A DNA stretch of 64,000 nt from Blastocladiella emersonii ATCC 22665 (taxonomy: Eukaryota > Fungi > Blastocladiomycota), in NCBI GenBank assembly GCA_025594325.1, contig JANHCV010000006.1, positions 434,001 through 498,000 on the forward strand. The letters are read 5' to 3'. The translations under genes were made by a program, and so were the position numbers. Below, one piece after another: positions 60,701 to 64,000 of this stretch; positions within the stretch are counted from its first letter, which is position 1; each line of letters starts with the position of its first letter. The notes under the pieces were generated by a model that made no database searches, was not told where the DNA came from, and worked only from the letters and a program-made list of their open reading frames with translations.

Positions 60701-60823
60701 CAGGGGACCTGCACTCGAGGACCGGTCACGTGCCGGCTCCACACGATTGCTTTGGCAGGCGCTCTGCCGCACACGCGCCTGCAGCAGCCGTGCAGCAGCC
60801 GTGGCCGCGGCCACCGTCGGCGA
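60701..60823 (+). repeat. Left copy of a second inverted repeat (about 123 bp)
   Basis: CAGGGGACCTGCACTCGAGGACCGGTCACGTGCC...GGCCACCGTCGGCGA matches the reverse complement of 63861-63985 with only a few substitutions and a 2-nt indel. Confidence 0.9.
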
Positions 60824-60974
60824 CCGCCCCTCTCTTCACTCGCTCGTTTGCTCACTCCACCGACACCCAAATGCTAGTAAACATGCATCAAAGTCACGGC
60901 AACTCGCCCGCCGGTCACCGCTTCGCTGATCCTGCGCTCAACCGCCTGGCGCGGCTCCTCGCGCTTCCGGCCCT

Positions 60975-63695
60975 ATGGTCGCCGTCCTTGCAGGCGAGGG
61001 CGCGGCTACGCTTCCCGTCACCGTGCTCGACTCGAGCTGGACCCACCTGCCGCTCGTCGTCCATTCCACGGCACCGGTGCTGACCTCGCTCGCCGAGTTC
61101 TGTCGCACCTTCACCATGGCCAGCCTGTCGGTCCTCGCCGCCGTCCTGCTCGTTGACATCGACGATTGCAGCCGTGCGTTCGAGCCGCACTCGCTGCTTC
61201 GTGCGTTCGAGCCGCACTCGCTGCTTCGCTGCTGTGGCTTCTCGGGGTGCTTGCCGTCCCGCCGCAACCCTCACGCACGCGCTCCGCAAACATCTCATCC
61301 TCGTCGCCATGCGCCACCCGCCGCTGCGGCGCGTGCTCGAGGAGCTCGCGGGCGCCCAGGTCACCAAGCTCCTCATCGGGTCCATCGGATACGTGCCGCC
61401 CTGGGTCCTGCTCGAGCACCCCAACCCTTGGGACGACCCGATCCGCGCGCCGTCGCAGTCGATCCCGGGCACCGCCGCCAAGGAGTGCACCTCGCTCAAC
61501 CTCGCCGTCGAGCTGTGCCTGTACCGCCACACCGAGGGCCTCCTGTTGGTGCAGCGTGTGTCGAGCAAGTGCTTCACGGTCATTGACCTTTCGCTCGTCG
61601 CTCATGATCGTTGCGCACCTCATCGACGCCCTGCAACACGACTGGTAGGGTCCCTCGCGCCCGTGTCCGGTCGACGCCCTCGCGACGCTCGACTGGCTCG
61701 TGCTCCGCGCCGGCAGCGAGGTCGCTGTCCTCGCGTCGCAGGTCGTCTCGCTCATCGCCAACGCCGCGGCCGAGTTCCCCGCCGAGGCCGTGCAGTGCTG
61801 TACCAGCCTCGCGCGCGTCGCCGACGACAAGACGCTCGCCCGGTTCTGGCTGTCGATCCTCCTCTCCGCTGCGCGCACGCCCGCCGTCCTCGAGGTCGGC
61901 CCTCCCACCATGGCGCTCCTCGACCTCCTCTTCTCGCGCGCCACGCCCGAGGTCCTCAAGGACGCGCCCGACCTGCCCGCGCACCCGGTCCTCGCGCCGT
62001 TCCAGGCGCGCATCGATGCGGCAAAACCGGCGACACCGTCTTTGCACGACCGCCTCGCCCGCGTGTGTGCGCGCATCGTGTCGCTCGACCTCGTCGTCGC
62101 CGAGGCCTCGCTCGACGAAGCCCTTGCGCTACTCACGCAGATCCACGCGTCGTCGGCCGACGCCGTGGTCCGCAACCTGCACGTCGTGGTCGACGCCCTC
62201 GTCAACGTCGCCGAGTACCACCCGACGCCCGCCGTACGCGCGACCGTGTGTCGTGGGCAGCTCGGGGCCGTCGATTTCGGCGATTTTTTGGGCGCCGCGG
62301 CCGCCGCGATGCGCGGCGAGGCCACCGTCTCCGACAAGGACGGCGGGCTCAAGACGGGAGTCGTCGCGCACCAGGAGATCCCCGTGCTGTGCGCCGAGGT
62401 GCTCAAGTCGTGTCTGATCCCCTTCCTCCGGTCCGGCGCGTTCCATTTCGCGCAGACCATCGTCGCGCACGCGATCCAGCGGCTGCTCAAGCTGCACCAC
62501 AAGACGTGCCTCGACGCGCTCAACGATTTTGACCGGTCGACGGTGCGCCACCTGCAGGACAGCAAGTACCGCGTCGATGAGCCCATGCTCGTGGCCGAGG
62601 CCGACGCAGCCGCCGCCATGTTCCAGCCCGGCGCCGTGTCCTTCTCCGCGTAGGCGTGCTGGTTCTGCCTCCGCCTCGCCGCCCGCTGCGCCGACTCGGC
62701 GCTCGTCGCCGTCTTCCGCGCCCTGCACCCGCTGCTCGCGCAGACCCAGCACCACGAGGTCGCCACCGTGCGCTCCCCTTCATCGTCCTACACCTGTGCC
62801 TTGTCGTGAGCCCCGCGCTCGACTCGGTCGTGTCCGAGTTCATTCACGCCCTGCAGCACGTGGCCGGCGGCGACCTTGCGATGCAGTCGTTCGCGCTCGC
62901 CATCTTCGACGCCAGGAGCGCGCCAAGTTCGCCGAAAAGCGCAGCCGCCGCGCCACGCCGAGTGCATTGGGCGCGCCGAGCCCGCGCCGTACGACCTCGA
63001 GGCGTCGGTCCACCCTGCCGCCCGCGCCGGTCGACCTTGGACCTCGGACAGCTCTTCCTCGACGTGTTCCTCGACGTGTTCCTCGACGTGTACCGCCGCC
63101 TGCGCAACGAGGGCGTCGACTAGGCGCTCGGCGCGTCGCACCTGTTCCAGCAGCAGCAGCAGGTGGGCGGCGGCGGTGCCGACACGGTCCAGGACCCGCG
63201 ACACCTCGCGCTGCAGCACGAGGTCCGCGTGCTCGCCGTCCACCACGCGGCGTCCGTTCACGGCAGCAGCGGGAGCGTTCCGACACCCCCGACGCGGCTC
63301 AGCGCGTACCAGGCGTGGCGTGAGCTCGGGTCCTTTGACCTCCTCGCCGAGCAGCGCACGGGCGCCATCACGGCACACCGAGACGCACCCCGAGTGGAGC
63401 GCCGACCTCGCGCCGACCCGGTTACCCCCACGCCGATCCAGTCACCGCCGCCCCGAGCGTCGGGTACGCTCCTCAGCGACCCCGCCCACGCGCGCAAGCT
63501 CGAGCTCGACGCGCGCGCCCGCGCACGGTCCAGGCCGACGTGTTCCGCGAGCAAAGGCTCAGCTGCGCCTGTGCGACCATCGTCGACCGCCACTGGTTCG
63601 CTGACCTCCTCTTCACGTTCCATGACACGGCGCTGCTCGAGACCCGCACCGCCGAGCCCACCAACGTTGAGGCCATCGTCAACGCGCGCTACTAG
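60975..63695 (+). pseudogene. Disrupted internal fragment of an ATR/Mec1-like PIKK gene (HEAT/pre-FAT region, no kinase domain)
   Basis: Motifs resembling ATR in the expected order: AQTIVAHAIQRLLK, RHLQDSKY, SFSA(*)ACWFCLRL...VFRALHPLL...ALPFIVLHL, VYRRLRNEGVD. In-frame TAG at 62651-62653 where Trp is expected, plus several frameshifts. Family call is by recollection only. Confidence 0.6.
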
Positions 63696-63860
63696 CGGGT
63701 TGGGACGCGGCGGGATTGCACGCACGCGCGGTCCTCAGCGCGCGAGGAACCGTACGGAGCGCGCTGGTCGCGGCCGCGGTCGCGCTCATTCGAAACTTTT
63801 AATACATTCCGTTACATTGATCATATGTGTGTTTGAGCCGGCGGGGTGCGCGAGGTGACC

Positions 63861-63985
63861 TCGCCGACGGTGGCCGCGGCCACGGCTGCTGCACGGCTGC
63901 TGCAGCGGCGCGTGTGCGGAAGAGCGCCTGCCACAGCAATCGTGTGGAGCTGGCACGTGACCGGTCCTCGAGTGCAGGTCCCCTG
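63861..63985 (-). repeat. Right copy of the second inverted repeat (may extend past the window edge)
   Basis: Reverse complement of 60701-60823; patchy similarity continues to base 64000. Confidence 0.9.
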
Positions 63986-64000
63986 TGATCCAACCAGTGA

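Overview
GC-rich, intron-containing eukaryotic DNA. The gene set (sideroflexin, ERG25, ERG13, MGM101, COX4, VPS54, GDT1) and the short introns (GTACGY/GTGCGT donors, CTGAC/CTAAC branch points) point to a fungus. TMC, tetraspanin and SIRT4-class genes suggest an early-diverging, possibly zoosporic, lineage (inference). Bases 1.6-41.5 kb form a dense housekeeping block of about 16 genes with one 2.9-kb gene-free gap at 32.1-35.0 kb. After 41.5 kb the organisation changes. A 16.6-kb palindrome has two apparently identical 6,939-bp arms (42758-49696 and 52397-59335) around a unique 2,700-bp spacer. Each arm carries an MCT-type MFS transporter and an unusual (QS)n strand-turn repeat protein. Further right, a disrupted ATR/Mec1-like gene fragment lies between a second pair of inverted repeats. 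A 57-nt hairpin with a 20-bp covarying stem and an invariant CCGTGAAAAG loop occurs four times, twice in the palindrome spacer and twice in the 32-35 kb gap. All family assignments are from motif recognition by eye; no database searches were run. Gene ends inferred across introns are approximate.
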